Assembly: GCA_025603075.1 (NCBI GenBank)
Contig: MU626339.1
Coordinates: 1 to 64,000 of the forward strand
Source: Neoconidiobolus thromboides FSU 785
Lineage: Eukaryota; Fungi; Entomophthoromycota
DNA: 64,000 nucleotides
Direction: 5' to 3'
Below are positions 23,865 through 35,279 of the stretch, one piece after another (within the stretch, counting starts at the first letter, position 1; each line of letters starts with the position of its first letter). A model generated the notes under the pieces. That model was given only the letters and a program-made list of their open reading frames with translations. It made no database searches and was not told where the DNA came from. A program made the translations under genes and the position numbers.

Positions 23865-24355
23865 TCGGCTGTTTTTATTTTAAAGTGCTACTTCTTGACT
23901 ATTTCAAAAAAAGAAAATTTGCTAATTTACAAATTGATTTTAATAATTTACATTAGCTTTGATAGTGATAATAGATTGAAAGTAGTTCATTCAAAAAGTA
24001 AAATGCTACATTCTTTTAACGAGTGCTTTAGCAAACTTCAATTGCTTTATTTTTCTATGCTCTCTATAAATTATAGCATACCCTTATTCTATACTACTAT
24101 TTATCTTTATCATATTTTTTTTACTAATAAATTATTTTGTTAATCTGATAACTAGTATGTTTAATCATAAACTTTTCTAAAATAATATACTGCGCAAAGC
24201 AATTTGAAATGCTCTAATAACCAAATTCGGGAAGGAAAATGAGATACCAAGGAATAAACTGTTCTCCGAATTTAAGATTCAAGCATCGACATTGCAAACG
24301 TAGTCATTTTAAATATGATACTTTTATAGGAATACCATTTTTTGTTTCATTATAT

Positions 24356-24455
24356 GGCGATGTTTTTTTTGGTTTCATTACTTTCTCCATTTTTTAAGCG
24401 CTATTTGAGCAGAAAGATTGTTAGTAAAGTTCTTAGACAAAAAAAATACATCCCC
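24356..24455 (-). mobile_element. MITE copy 5
   Basis: Perfect ATAT/ATAT flanks. Confidence 0.9.
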
Positions 24456-24717
24456 ATATCATTGACATTTTTTATTAGTTATATGTTTAAAAATGGAGAA
24501 ATAAATGAAACCAAAAATATTTCATATATTTTTTATTTTACTATAAAACTCAATTTAAATAAACATTTCAATAAAACTGACAACTTCCCTTCATAAATAA
24601 CTAACTTTTAAAAATAAATTGCCCTTCTGCTCATCCCCCAGTATAAGGATACCACAATGCTCCTGTTTACTAGAGCATAACGATAATTGTATAACAATAT
24701 ACCAACTTCTGCTACCT

Positions 24718-26476
24718 TCAGGTATGATAATCTGGCGTAGGGGGAACAATAGAACTAGGTATATGTAATCTCATCATCTGGTTTTTGGTCAAGGGGTTTT
24801 TAATAAGAGGCCAAAATACACTAAATTCTTGCTGTTTAAGTAGACATAGATTGATAAATTTTTTTGAAGCTAAAGTGGGATCATCTTGATGGCATAGCAT
24901 AGCCACTTCCAACCCCAAACAATAACAAAAATGGGTCCCATAGATCACTTTACCAAGTTCTTTACCCACTATGGCAACATATCTTTCTTCTGAACGTGAT
25001 AATAAACTATACAATTCAATACTTCCCGATCGAGCTTTTAAATAATGCTCCATTGATAACAAGACATCAGCGTCATCCCCAAGCTCACTTACTTTATAAA
25101 CAAGATAATTAGCAAGCAAGTTGAAAGATGCTTTAAAACTAGCTAAAGTAAGGTTAGAAATGAAAGCGTAATCATCCATCTGTTTACAATCTTCTAAAGT
25201 CAGTACGATTTTCGAATCATATAAAAGGTCAAAGACATCTAATTTCATACTTTCAATTAATTGTATCAAATTCATATATACTTCTTTCGTATTATAGCTG
25301 CCACTTTGTAATACACTATTAACAAAAAAAGTGGATCTTTTGACTTTTACCATATGATGAAAAAAATGGATATAAATATATTCTTTTTCATATCGACTCT
25401 ATAGAAAACAAATAATGAATTTGATACTTAAATAACTGTCTTATCTTTTTTGAACTTACCGGTGTATTATAGCGATAAGTTTCTCCCAGGTTTCTAATAA
25501 ACCTATTTTCTAAAGGCGACTGATTGTTTCGAGTATGTGTTGGTTTCGAATAGAAAAGTGAAGTTAACATATCCAATGATAAACAATGAACCCAACATTT
25601 TATAGGCTCAATTTCGGCTTCTGTTAACTCAGATGGACTCTTTAAAACATTCAAGTTATGTAAACCTAAAATTTGTCCCATTCTAAAAAAATCATTAACT
25701 TATGTTATTAAAGCTATTTAAAAAAGCTGCATACTTAATAGCTTCCGCTGAAATACAAAATGCTCTAAATGGCCTTGAGTGTCCCATTTCCATAAACTCT
25801 AGCAATAACATGGCCTGTAAAACACTTAAACTTGGCTTTTTTTCTTTAGCTAATAATCTTCTAGTCCGTTGATAATAAGGGTTATCGTCAATTTCCAGTA
25901 ATGGTAATCTTTTTAAATAGTTGTGAATTTTTAAAGCAATCGTACATATTGCTGATATCAATGTTTGATCTCCTAAATCTTGATTATTGATAGTTGAACG
26001 TACTCGTGGCTCCCATAAAAATGGCAAAGCCGGATGGTGGTATTTAAAATAAATATCTATGAGCTCTAGCTCAATCCCTAAAATTTGTTTAATCTATGGT
26101 TAGTTATAAAAAAATCACTCTTACTTGTATTTGTCAACTCAATTGTTTGTGGGCTAGAGCTATATATTTTATCAGAGTCCATAGTTAGTTCTGGGATCTT
26201 ACCACTTGTTGTGATTGTCGAAATAGACGAATTGGAATTATTGCTTTCTGGTGGAGAGTTTATTATTGACTTGAAGTTTTCTACTAACTCTTCCATTTTA
26301 CTCCATTTTTTATCTAACCTCTCGATGTCTTTTGTATTAACATCTTCAACTACATCTTCTTTTCGATTTAAATACTGACAATCTACTCCAATTTTGATGC
26401 ATCGACTACATGGATAGCTTAAATCACACTTTTGTTTACGCTTATGACAGCTTATACAGCTCTTTTGAGGACGCAT
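24718..26476 (-). CDS. Zn2Cys6 + Fungal_trans transcription factor, paralog TF6 (4 exons)
   Basis: Same Zn cluster peptide as TF4; same exon layout; divergent last exon. Confidence 0.88.
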
Positions 26477-27877
26477 TCGGTAGCTTTTTTGCTTTCTTTT
26501 TAAAAGTGTTAAAAGGATTTTTTTTGATAAGAAATTTAGTTTATTTGGAATTATTCCTTGGTTTTTATAATTGTTTATAATTAATTTCAGAATTGGGCAG
26601 AGACTAATAGGAGGTTTGTTTACCCGAAATGAAAAAAATAATAGTTTTGATGTTCCATGAATGGGTGCTTTAATGCAAATTAATATTTTAATATATGTTA
26701 GTTTAGTCTTATTGTATATTTTATTTTCATCATTTGTACATTATTGTATATAACTGCACTGTTTTTGTGGTTTTTTGGTAGCTAAATGTATTGTTTTTTA
26801 GTATTATTTTTAGTGATCTGATAATCGAAATGTTAATTATAATACTTCCTAAAATGGATGCTGCGAAGCATAGATTAAATTTTTCAGCTCTAATTTAAAT
26901 AGAAAACGATGGTATTATATCAAGAAGTGACTTATTATTTTAATATCAGCTTTTTAGATTTTAAACGTATCAATACTAATCATCATTTGACTAAATTTGT
27001 ATTTTTGTCTATAAATAATTTCAAAACTCAACAAGGAATTGAAAATTAACAATATTTAAACTAAACTCGATCAATAGGAATGACTAAATTAATATAAGTT
27101 AGCAAATATTTTTATTTTGGTAACTTTGCGTTTAAATTTAAAAAGATTTTTTCACCCTTATACTATATTCTTACAAATGAACTTGAATTATGAATTACTT
27201 TACAGGCAATTAGACACAACTAGCTTATGCTTTAGTAAGTAATTAATGTACTATTAAAACATATAATTTTAAATTTACAGCTGAAGCGACCATTTTAGTT
27301 TTGATGTACTGTTGTTGATAACTTGCTATTGTTTAGCTTTTCGAAAGTAACTTGGAAATAATAAGTTTCAGAAAACATGATAAATGATAATAGCACAAAC
27401 GATAAACTAATACTTATAAATGAGAGAGTCAGAAAATTATTCAAAATCATAAAGAATAAAGCAGCCCCAATAACAAATTGAAATCTCGACCAAAAATTTT
27501 ATTTATTGGATTAACGAAGCTCAAATTCTCATATTCAAAGTCTTGTCTAAAACTAATCAAAAAGACAGACAAGGTTCAACTTTGAATACCCAACTTAAAT
27601 TAAGCTGCAATGTTTGCAAATTCAAATGGTGAGAATATCTTTTAATGAGTATAAAACATTTTACACTAGATTTAAATTAAAATGCATATTGCCTTTTTAC
27701 TCAAAATGCTGCTTTAAGATTACGTTGGTGTTAATATCAGTGTCATATTACGTGTACGTTAGGGATGGTGATATAACCTTTGAGTCTTAAATTGAACACT
27801 AATATACATTTTATGAATCAAAAGTTGATGTAAAGAAACCTATGAGTTTTGTTTTATTTTATTTTACTAAATGATAT

Positions 27878-27965
27878 AGGTGTTTTTTTTAGCTTCACTT
27901 TTTCTTCTTTTAATTGCTATTTGAGCAGAAAAATTGTTAAAATTCCTAAACAAAAATACATCCAC
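27878..27965 (-). mobile_element. MITE copy 6
   Basis: Slightly deleted; perfect ATAT/ATAT flanks. Confidence 0.8.
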
Positions 27966-28045
27966 ATATCCTTTCTTTCTTTCTGCAAGTGTAATATAAA
28001 TTAAATACTCAAAATGAAATTTTGCAAAAAATTTAAATTCTATAT

Positions 28046-28145
28046 AAGGTTGTATTTTTGTGTTTGAGAATTTTACTAACAAATTTTCCGCTCAAATAGC
28101 GCTTAAAAGGTAAAAAAAGTAATAAAGCTAAAGAAAACATCCACC
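28046..28145 (+). mobile_element. MITE copy 7
   Basis: Perfect ATAT/ATAT flanks; inverted relative to copy 6. Confidence 0.88.
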
Positions 28146-28590
28146 ATATTGTTTTTATAAAATTAGATATGCTTAGCTTATAAGTTGGTAGATTTATGTA
28201 CTATTAAAGTATTTGATTCTAAATTTATAAAATAGGAATTAATACAATGCTTTATAAATAATATCTTATTGTTGTTAATTTAGTCTTTGCTTCAATAATT
28301 TAACTAAACTGACTATTTGAAAAATATGGGTAAATTTCATTATAGTAGATAATATTATTTATAACAATTAAATCTTTATTAGTGCACTTTTTATAAAAAA
28401 AATTAAAAATTACAAATACTCGAATATTAAAGACTTATAACTTATTTTTGTTGAATTTTACTTTAAATAATGTGTTACTTAAGGAAGAAATCTCCTAGCT
28501 CATAATACCTCTTCGTCTTATTAGTAAAGACTGTAAAAAGTTTTTAAATAATCTTTGGTCTATTTAAAAACTATACTCAAAAAAACAAAA

Positions 28591-28686
28591 GAGCATGGTA
28601 TTTTCTGTTTAAGATTTCTACTAACAATTTTCTATTTAACAGCGCTTAAAAAATGGAAAAGTAAATAAAACTAGAGAAGACATATT
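28591..28686 (+). mobile_element. MITE copy 8 (degenerate)
   Basis: Internal motifs retained (tgtttaagat..ctactaacaattt..agcgcttaaaaaatggaaaagtaa); termini eroded. Confidence 0.65.
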
Positions 28687-30019
28687 TACAAATCTGTTTA
28701 AAAGAGCCCAAAATATTTTTAAAAGTTCTAATGATTTAATTTTTAAAATTAGAAAATAATAACTATCGTGTTATTATTATGTAATTTGGAAACAAAACCT
28801 TTTAGTCTAATAACAAATCTGGCAATAAATCTATACACCAATTTTTCTTATAAAAAACAGGAATTATATAAAAACCAAATACACAAACCAGCTATTTAGT
28901 TTTTTAATTTTCAAATATTTAATAAAATAAGTTCAAGTAGTACTTTTCAAATTTTGAAACAAAAGTGGTTTCATTATAAACTTTAATAAGCTCCTTAATT
29001 TTAAATATGTACTTTTATAATACTTTGTTCTCGTTTAGAGCACAATATAAAACAAATTAAAACTCAGTATTAAATGGTATTAGCATTATTAAAATACCAT
29101 ATACCTCATTTCATAACGTACACAATTTACCAAAGTACTTAGTTAATAATGATAATATCATAGATACGAATAAATACTCTAAAAAGGCTATTGCATGTAA
29201 ATGTTATTTTTTACTTTCTATCTTCTTAAAAAATCCATTAAAATCTACCTTTTTCTATACTATTCCATATCTGCTTTGCAATTGATTTGAATATCGTTGT
29301 AGGGTGCGAAAGAGTGCCAAATTAAGTATGTCTTAATCTTTATGAATCATAATGAAAGAGCTTAGGAAGAGCTAGTGAATTAGCAACGTGAAAGTTTTAA
29401 ATATTTTAAATTCCGTTGAATCCACAGCTATTTTCTCGGCATTAACTATTGACAATTTTTATAGCATCTAAAAGATCTAACCCTTAAATGTTGATTCCGC
29501 TTGAAAACAAGATTTTCAATGATTTGTAAAATTTTAGCTTGGTTTTTTTACCCCAGTTTATGACTTAGAATTTGTAGGGTGAAATATAAAAAAGCTATAG
29601 CTGTTGGAGCTCTATTATAACCTAATTTGTAGAGATTTTTAGATTCAGCTATTTTTCTGTTTGGTTTTTTAAGTACTTGATCCTTAGATTCCAACCAGAT
29701 TTATCTAAATTTTACTCTTAAATAATAGTTAAATAGGTCACAATAGAACTATAATAACTGTAAAACAAAACTAAAGAATAATAATGATTACAGTTTAAGA
29801 GTTTATAAACCAAGAAATTGAATAATAAGAACCTAGATATAGCCTTGGGTGGAGCTAAGCTAATCTATATTTAGACATGTTTTATTTATATCAGCAAATT
29901 TCAACCTTAATGTATAATGGTGCATAGTCAATATCTACACCTAATGCTAAGTCAAAGTGTATAAATACAATGGAAAGTTAACTATTAAGGTTAAATTTTA
30001 GTTGTAAATAAAAATAAAA

Positions 30020-30469
30020 ATGAATTTTATAGAAAGTAATAACTATATTGCAAACGATCCGATTATATTATTTGGGAAATATAAAGAGAGTAAATTCGAT
30101 CATGTTAGACAAGCTTTAAAAAATTTAAAGCATCAAGCTTCAGACGAGTATCTTTATAAAAGAGGATGTTTAATTTTTGTGCCAAGTACTACTCCAAATA
30201 AACGAATCATGCCTAAAAAAAGGCAGTCTATCATATCACAAATTTCTATCGAATCTAAAGTTAGTAAAAAGGCAAGCTACTGTAATGATATTAAAGAGTC
30301 CAACCCCTTAATCAAAGGTTTCGATTCAAGGAAACAAGAATCTATTTCAGATTTTGATAAAATGATTAATCAGGGCTTTACTACTTCTTCAAATGAACCC
30401 CCTTGCTATACCCTTAAAATCACTTTAACTCCTCCCATTGCTAAAAATATTTGTGACTTCTCTCTTTAA
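30020..30469 (+). CDS. Hypothetical protein, 149 aa
   Basis: ATG-started ORF with protein-like composition in AT-rich surroundings; family not recognised. Confidence 0.6.
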   Translation: MNFIESNNYIANDPIILFGKYKESKFDHVRQALKNLKHQASDEYLYKRGCLIFVPSTTPNKRIMPKKRQSIISQISIESKVSKKASYCNDIKESNPLIKGFDSRKQESISDFDKMINQGFTTSSNEPPCYTLKITLTPPIAKNICDFSL

Positions 30470-32014
30470 CTTTGGTATAGCTTATTTATTTGCTTTTAAT
30501 CGTTAATAAAATTAATAATATAATAAAAATTCGATTTTTTTTATGAAGCTATAATATCTATTTTGACATTAACACTGAATATTTTATTGTTTGGTATAGA
30601 TTTTATTTAATCCCTGTTATTTCTTCCATCTACCGAATTTGCTGAACTTTGTTATAGCCAATAGTACTAAGTGACAGATATGTACAGAATGAAATTTCAT
30701 TAAAGGGGGAAATATTTTTTTAAAAAGCAGGTATCAAACAAAATAAAATTGTATCTCAATATTAAACTCAGTTCATTAAAATTTTACAATTTGAATTTCA
30801 AAAAATACATAAATTCTATCAAAACTACTACTTATCGAATAGGATAATAGTTATCATACTCAACCTTAATAATGCTCAAACTAGAAGATGAACTATAAAG
30901 TTCATCTGATCAAAAAACTTACTTATGCGATCGTTAAGAATTGCTCTTGCCGATTTAGCGATTACCATAGTTAGAGCTTTCCTTTGGTCTTATAAAAAAC
31001 CTTAAAATCTACAAACTTTCCAAATTTCCTGCTAAACCTTAACTAAAATAAAGCATCTATTCACCCTCCTTCCAGTTTAATCCTTAAAGTAATAAGCTTG
31101 CAAAATTTAAATTAGCAATAACTGTAATTTTGATTGGCTGGCTATTTTATCATTTTTAAATTTCTAATTTTCTAAATAGACTATTTCTAATTTTTCATTA
31201 TAAATATTAGTATGATATTTAAATAGCATTATAAATGGTGGAAAATAAATACCTCTGTAATAATGGTATTTATACTATTTAATTAATGAATAGTATAGTA
31301 GTAGCTTTCTTGAGAAAAATAAAGAATACCAAACTTTACTACATTGACAAAATATTTTATTGTTTTTTCTATTTTTATAATTTAAGACTAAAGCCATTTA
31401 AAAAAAAAACCAATATTTAAAATTATTTATTGATAAGTGTTATAGGACTACAAAATAATATTTTTACTCATATTTTTTTGTATAGAACTTTAAAAAATTG
31501 TAACAGTCTTTAATATACACATACAAAATTGAAAAATGATTATTAAAAATGCTATAATTTCAATGAGTAATTGGCTAAGTGTCTACTTTTCGTTCATACT
31601 AATAAGAGTGCTTTAATAAACTAATTTTTTGTTTAAATTTGATTTATTTTTTGAAACATCCTTTGTTTATTTTTTTAAAAGAACATGCCAAAAAAGTTGC
31701 ATCTTAAATCATTAATAATGGTTTACTATAAATTATATTTAATAATAACAAAAAAACAATTTATTCACTTAAACTTTTTAATATTTTTAATTTCATAGTT
31801 ACTACAATTAACGAATAACCCTTTAATTTCTTGTACAAACAGTATGAATAAAATAGTAAATTGAGTATGAAGCCATTAGTACTCATGAAATAACATTACA
31901 AAACTAATTTTAATAAAGCCTAAAATAAGTCTATAGTAAAAAAAAACTAAAGAGGCTCAATTTAATCTTTTTATTCAAATATCGCTAGTTTCTATTCTAT
32001 TTTTAAAAAAGAAA

Positions 32015-34408
32015 TTAGACTACTCGTACCTGTTGTGCTTCCATTTTAATTTGTTTCATTTGTAAGCGCTCAACAAATTTATCTTCAGATTCAACTAAGG
32101 ATTTAAGGGTTTGATTACTACTAATAAGACTATTAATTCTTGCTTGAACTATTTCATTTAATTCGTTATAGTGCGTCACGTTCTTTTTTAACTTATTGCT
32201 TTTAATAATTCCATTATTTGCATCAAAATCTGAATCATTAATAAGTTCGTAATATTCTTCTGGATCGATTTCTTCCAATTCCTTATTTGTAATAAACTTA
32301 ATGAAATAATAAAGATACCCATTTTCTATCTTTAGATTCTTAATTTCATCTTGACACTCTTTGATAATAGCTTCGGTTGCCTTAATTGATTCAATCGCCT
32401 TCTTGGTTTCTACCTCACTTGATGCTTTGATATCTACCATATTTTGCTTATCCTGTTTAATTCCTTTAATCAAAGCGACAAGCTCATCGATATTTACCTT
32501 ATTTTGTGCATCCTTTTCATTTAATTGTTTACTAAGGCTTTCATTAAACTCAGCTAAGCATTTATGTTCAAGCTTAACAATCGAAAGTTGATCTTCAATA
32601 CCTTTAATTAAAACATGTACTGTAGCCAATGCGCGTTCTTTTTCCGCCATCTCTTTTTTGATATTTTGGATCTCAGTAATAAATGATATTTTTGATTTTT
32701 GCATAATCGTTTCCTTAATTGTAGTTTCTTTAAGCAGTTCCTCGATCTTTTGAAGTTCTTGAGAATTTGATTGTTCCAACTGTGCAATACTACGACGGAA
32801 TTTTTTAAGTAATGCCAATTCTTCCTTTTTAAGTTTACGTGCATCTGAAAGCTTTTGATCTAATATAGTATGTTGACGGATTATTTTAGCATAATCAAGG
32901 TGACTCTTAGGAGTCATGTTGGGTTCAGATACAATAGGCTTGGTAATAAGTTGCAGTGCTGAAGAACGAAATCCCATTACAGTCATGGTTATCTTATATG
33001 GTGTCCCAGGAACTAAACCAATAACAGAAACAGAGCTAGCATCTTTACTTAAAACCCAATGTGGCCAAACAACCCCATTAATTCTAAAAGTTACCTCAAT
33101 TGTGTTCATTACTTCAAAATTAGAAAGTGGGCATTCAATTTCTTCAAGCGCTTGTGAACGATTAGCGCAGTTTTTTTCTTGAGAACCTTGGTCATTTATA
33201 ATGGATTCAGATTTTGACAAAAAATACAAAAAGTTTATAGGAACAAACCATGATAACGTAAGAGTTGTAGGGGTAGAATCTAAAGAGCACAGCTCAAAAG
33301 AATCAACAATGTCACCAAAACATGGTCTTAATACAGTTTGTTCTTCAACTATATCTGAAGGTACTTTTGGACGAGGCGAAGTATTTTTTCGATTATTATT
33401 CTGCTTTTTACTTTTTACTTTTATATTGTTAGAGTCTTGCTTGGGGTCTGAATGAGGTGAAGAAACTTTTTCCAACTTGCCACTTAATTTAAGATACTGA
33501 AACTTATGAACTATTTCTGCTTTATCATAGCCAAATATTGGATTTGAGAAATTTTGATTTCTTAACAAAATAGCTTGTACAACAACTTCACCAAGACCTA
33601 AAAATGCTGCGTGCCCAATTGCATGAACTGAAATAAAGAAAAATATCCCTGATGGTATTAATTGGATTTCAAGTATGTGGTTGAAATAAGTAAACACAAG
33701 CGCATACAAAGTTGTCTGAATTGAAACTCCTCTCAAGCTTCCAACTGTATTTAAATAAGTAAACAAGTCTATAAAAACGCATAACCAAGAAGTATCAATG
33801 TTGGGGTAAAGATGAAAAATAGCAGTACCAACAGCAGCATCTAAAATAAGATGAAATAAAGTAAGCATAAAAAAATCAGAGATTGAAGAAGTATTGCGAT
33901 AGAATGGAATAACTGATAAAATAGCTAACAAAATCCATTCTGAGCGGTAATCAACTCCGTTAAGAAGCCATAAGTTGATAAGAGTAAGAAAAATCCAACC
34001 AAAAATAACAGAAAGGTGTTCAGTAAAATTAAGTAATAAATGAATTTTCTTACTATCCTTTGGACCAAAAGAGCATATTGTTTTATCCCAAAAAGTTAAG
34101 TTAAAAGTTGTCTCTTCATAAGTTGAAACATTTTCATCAACTAAAAGATTTAAACCGTCAATTAATTGAGTTGGACTTTCTATTGTTGAATAATTCTTAG
34201 GAGATATTAGTGGCTTAATGGGAAGATTTGGACTATCCATGAACTCGCAGTATTTGCTTTCTTTAGAATATGCTGATAACGAAGTCTTAACTAATGGATT
34301 ACACTTGCACTCATTTAAACAATCTTGCCTATAGGACACTTCCTTCTCCATATTATCCAAAAATCTAGTATTGCAATTTATATTTTCGGATGCCTGCTTT
34401 AATGTCAT
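32015..34408 (-). CDS. Membrane protein with FN3-like domain and long coiled coil (AcrB-like architecture)
   Basis: Intronless 797-aa ORF. N-terminal TM helices, then TTLTLSW...FRINGV...SVSVIGLVPGTPYKITMTV (FN3-like), then a K/E/L-rich coiled coil. The same order occurs in Aspergillus AcrB; the orthology is inference. Confidence 0.7.
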   Translation of the reverse strand: MTLKQASENINCNTRFLDNMEKEVSYRQDCLNECKCNPLVKTSLSAYSKESKYCEFMDSPNLPIKPLISPKNYSTIESPTQLIDGLNLLVDENVSTYEETTFNLTFWDKTICSFGPKDSKKIHLLLNFTEHLSVIFGWIFLTLINLWLLNGVDYRSEWILLAILSVIPFYRNTSSISDFFMLTLFHLILDAAVGTAIFHLYPNIDTSWLCVFIDLFTYLNTVGSLRGVSIQTTLYALVFTYFNHILEIQLIPSGIFFFISVHAIGHAAFLGLGEVVVQAILLRNQNFSNPIFGYDKAEIVHKFQYLKLSGKLEKVSSPHSDPKQDSNNIKVKSKKQNNNRKNTSPRPKVPSDIVEEQTVLRPCFGDIVDSFELCSLDSTPTTLTLSWFVPINFLYFLSKSESIINDQGSQEKNCANRSQALEEIECPLSNFEVMNTIEVTFRINGVVWPHWVLSKDASSVSVIGLVPGTPYKITMTVMGFRSSALQLITKPIVSEPNMTPKSHLDYAKIIRQHTILDQKLSDARKLKKEELALLKKFRRSIAQLEQSNSQELQKIEELLKETTIKETIMQKSKISFITEIQNIKKEMAEKERALATVHVLIKGIEDQLSIVKLEHKCLAEFNESLSKQLNEKDAQNKVNIDELVALIKGIKQDKQNMVDIKASSEVETKKAIESIKATEAIIKECQDEIKNLKIENGYLYYFIKFITNKELEEIDPEEYYELINDSDFDANNGIIKSNKLKKNVTHYNELNEIVQARINSLISSNQTLKSLVESEDKFVERLQMKQIKMEAQQVRVV

Positions 34409-35185
34409 AAATTTAACTAAACATAAAAAAAGTTATTAATTCTAATGGACTATGATTTAAAATGGATTCATCGTTTATTTGCAATATGAAAGAACTTTAT
34501 TGGTTCTTTTTCTATAAAAGTCACTTTAGGCATGATTTATTCATTTATTAGTTTCTAATAATTTTGATTTGGTAAAATTAATTTTAACTTGAGCTTAAAA
34601 TTTAAAAATTATTCTGAGGTTATAAATTTCCCTATGATGTTTGAATATTTAGCATATTCTAAGGCTTTCGTTTTTAGTAACTAAGGATTCAATATGACCT
34701 AAATTGAGCCAAAAAATAAACTTCTTGTCACATAAATTAATTTATTTCACTTACACTTTTATAATAGTTTTTGCTTTTAGACTTAAAAAATAGCTAATTT
34801 AACTTCAAAATAATTTATTCTAATTCTACACTTAAGATCATTTGGATTGCTGATATGATGTCAGTCAATAAGCAAGGAAGTGAAGCCCTGAGAAATTAGT
34901 CTATATTTGCTCTTTACTATTTTTTAGAATTTTTATTTACTAGCCAGTTACTTGAGATTCTCTCTTTTAATAATCCTTAATAAAAATTATATACTTTCCA
35001 AAATGGTTCTTATGTGCTTTTCTTTGATATTTTATAATAGCTCTGTTAATATTATATAACACTAATTCTTATATCACAGTAATTTTTAAGCTTCAATCAC
35101 AAAAAGTTCTAGCTATTGTCATAAGCTAACAGAAATAGACATCCATAAACAAAACTTTAATTTGCTTTTAGAAATAAAGGACTTT

Positions 35186-35279
35186 AAGGTTACATTCTTT
35201 TAAGAATTTTACTAACAATCTTTTCACTCAAATAGCATTTAAAAAATGAAAAAGTAATGAGATAAAAAAAAACATCCTC
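35186..35279 (+). mobile_element. MITE copy 9
   Basis: Left end degenerate; right end AAAAAAACATCCTC intact. Confidence 0.8.
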
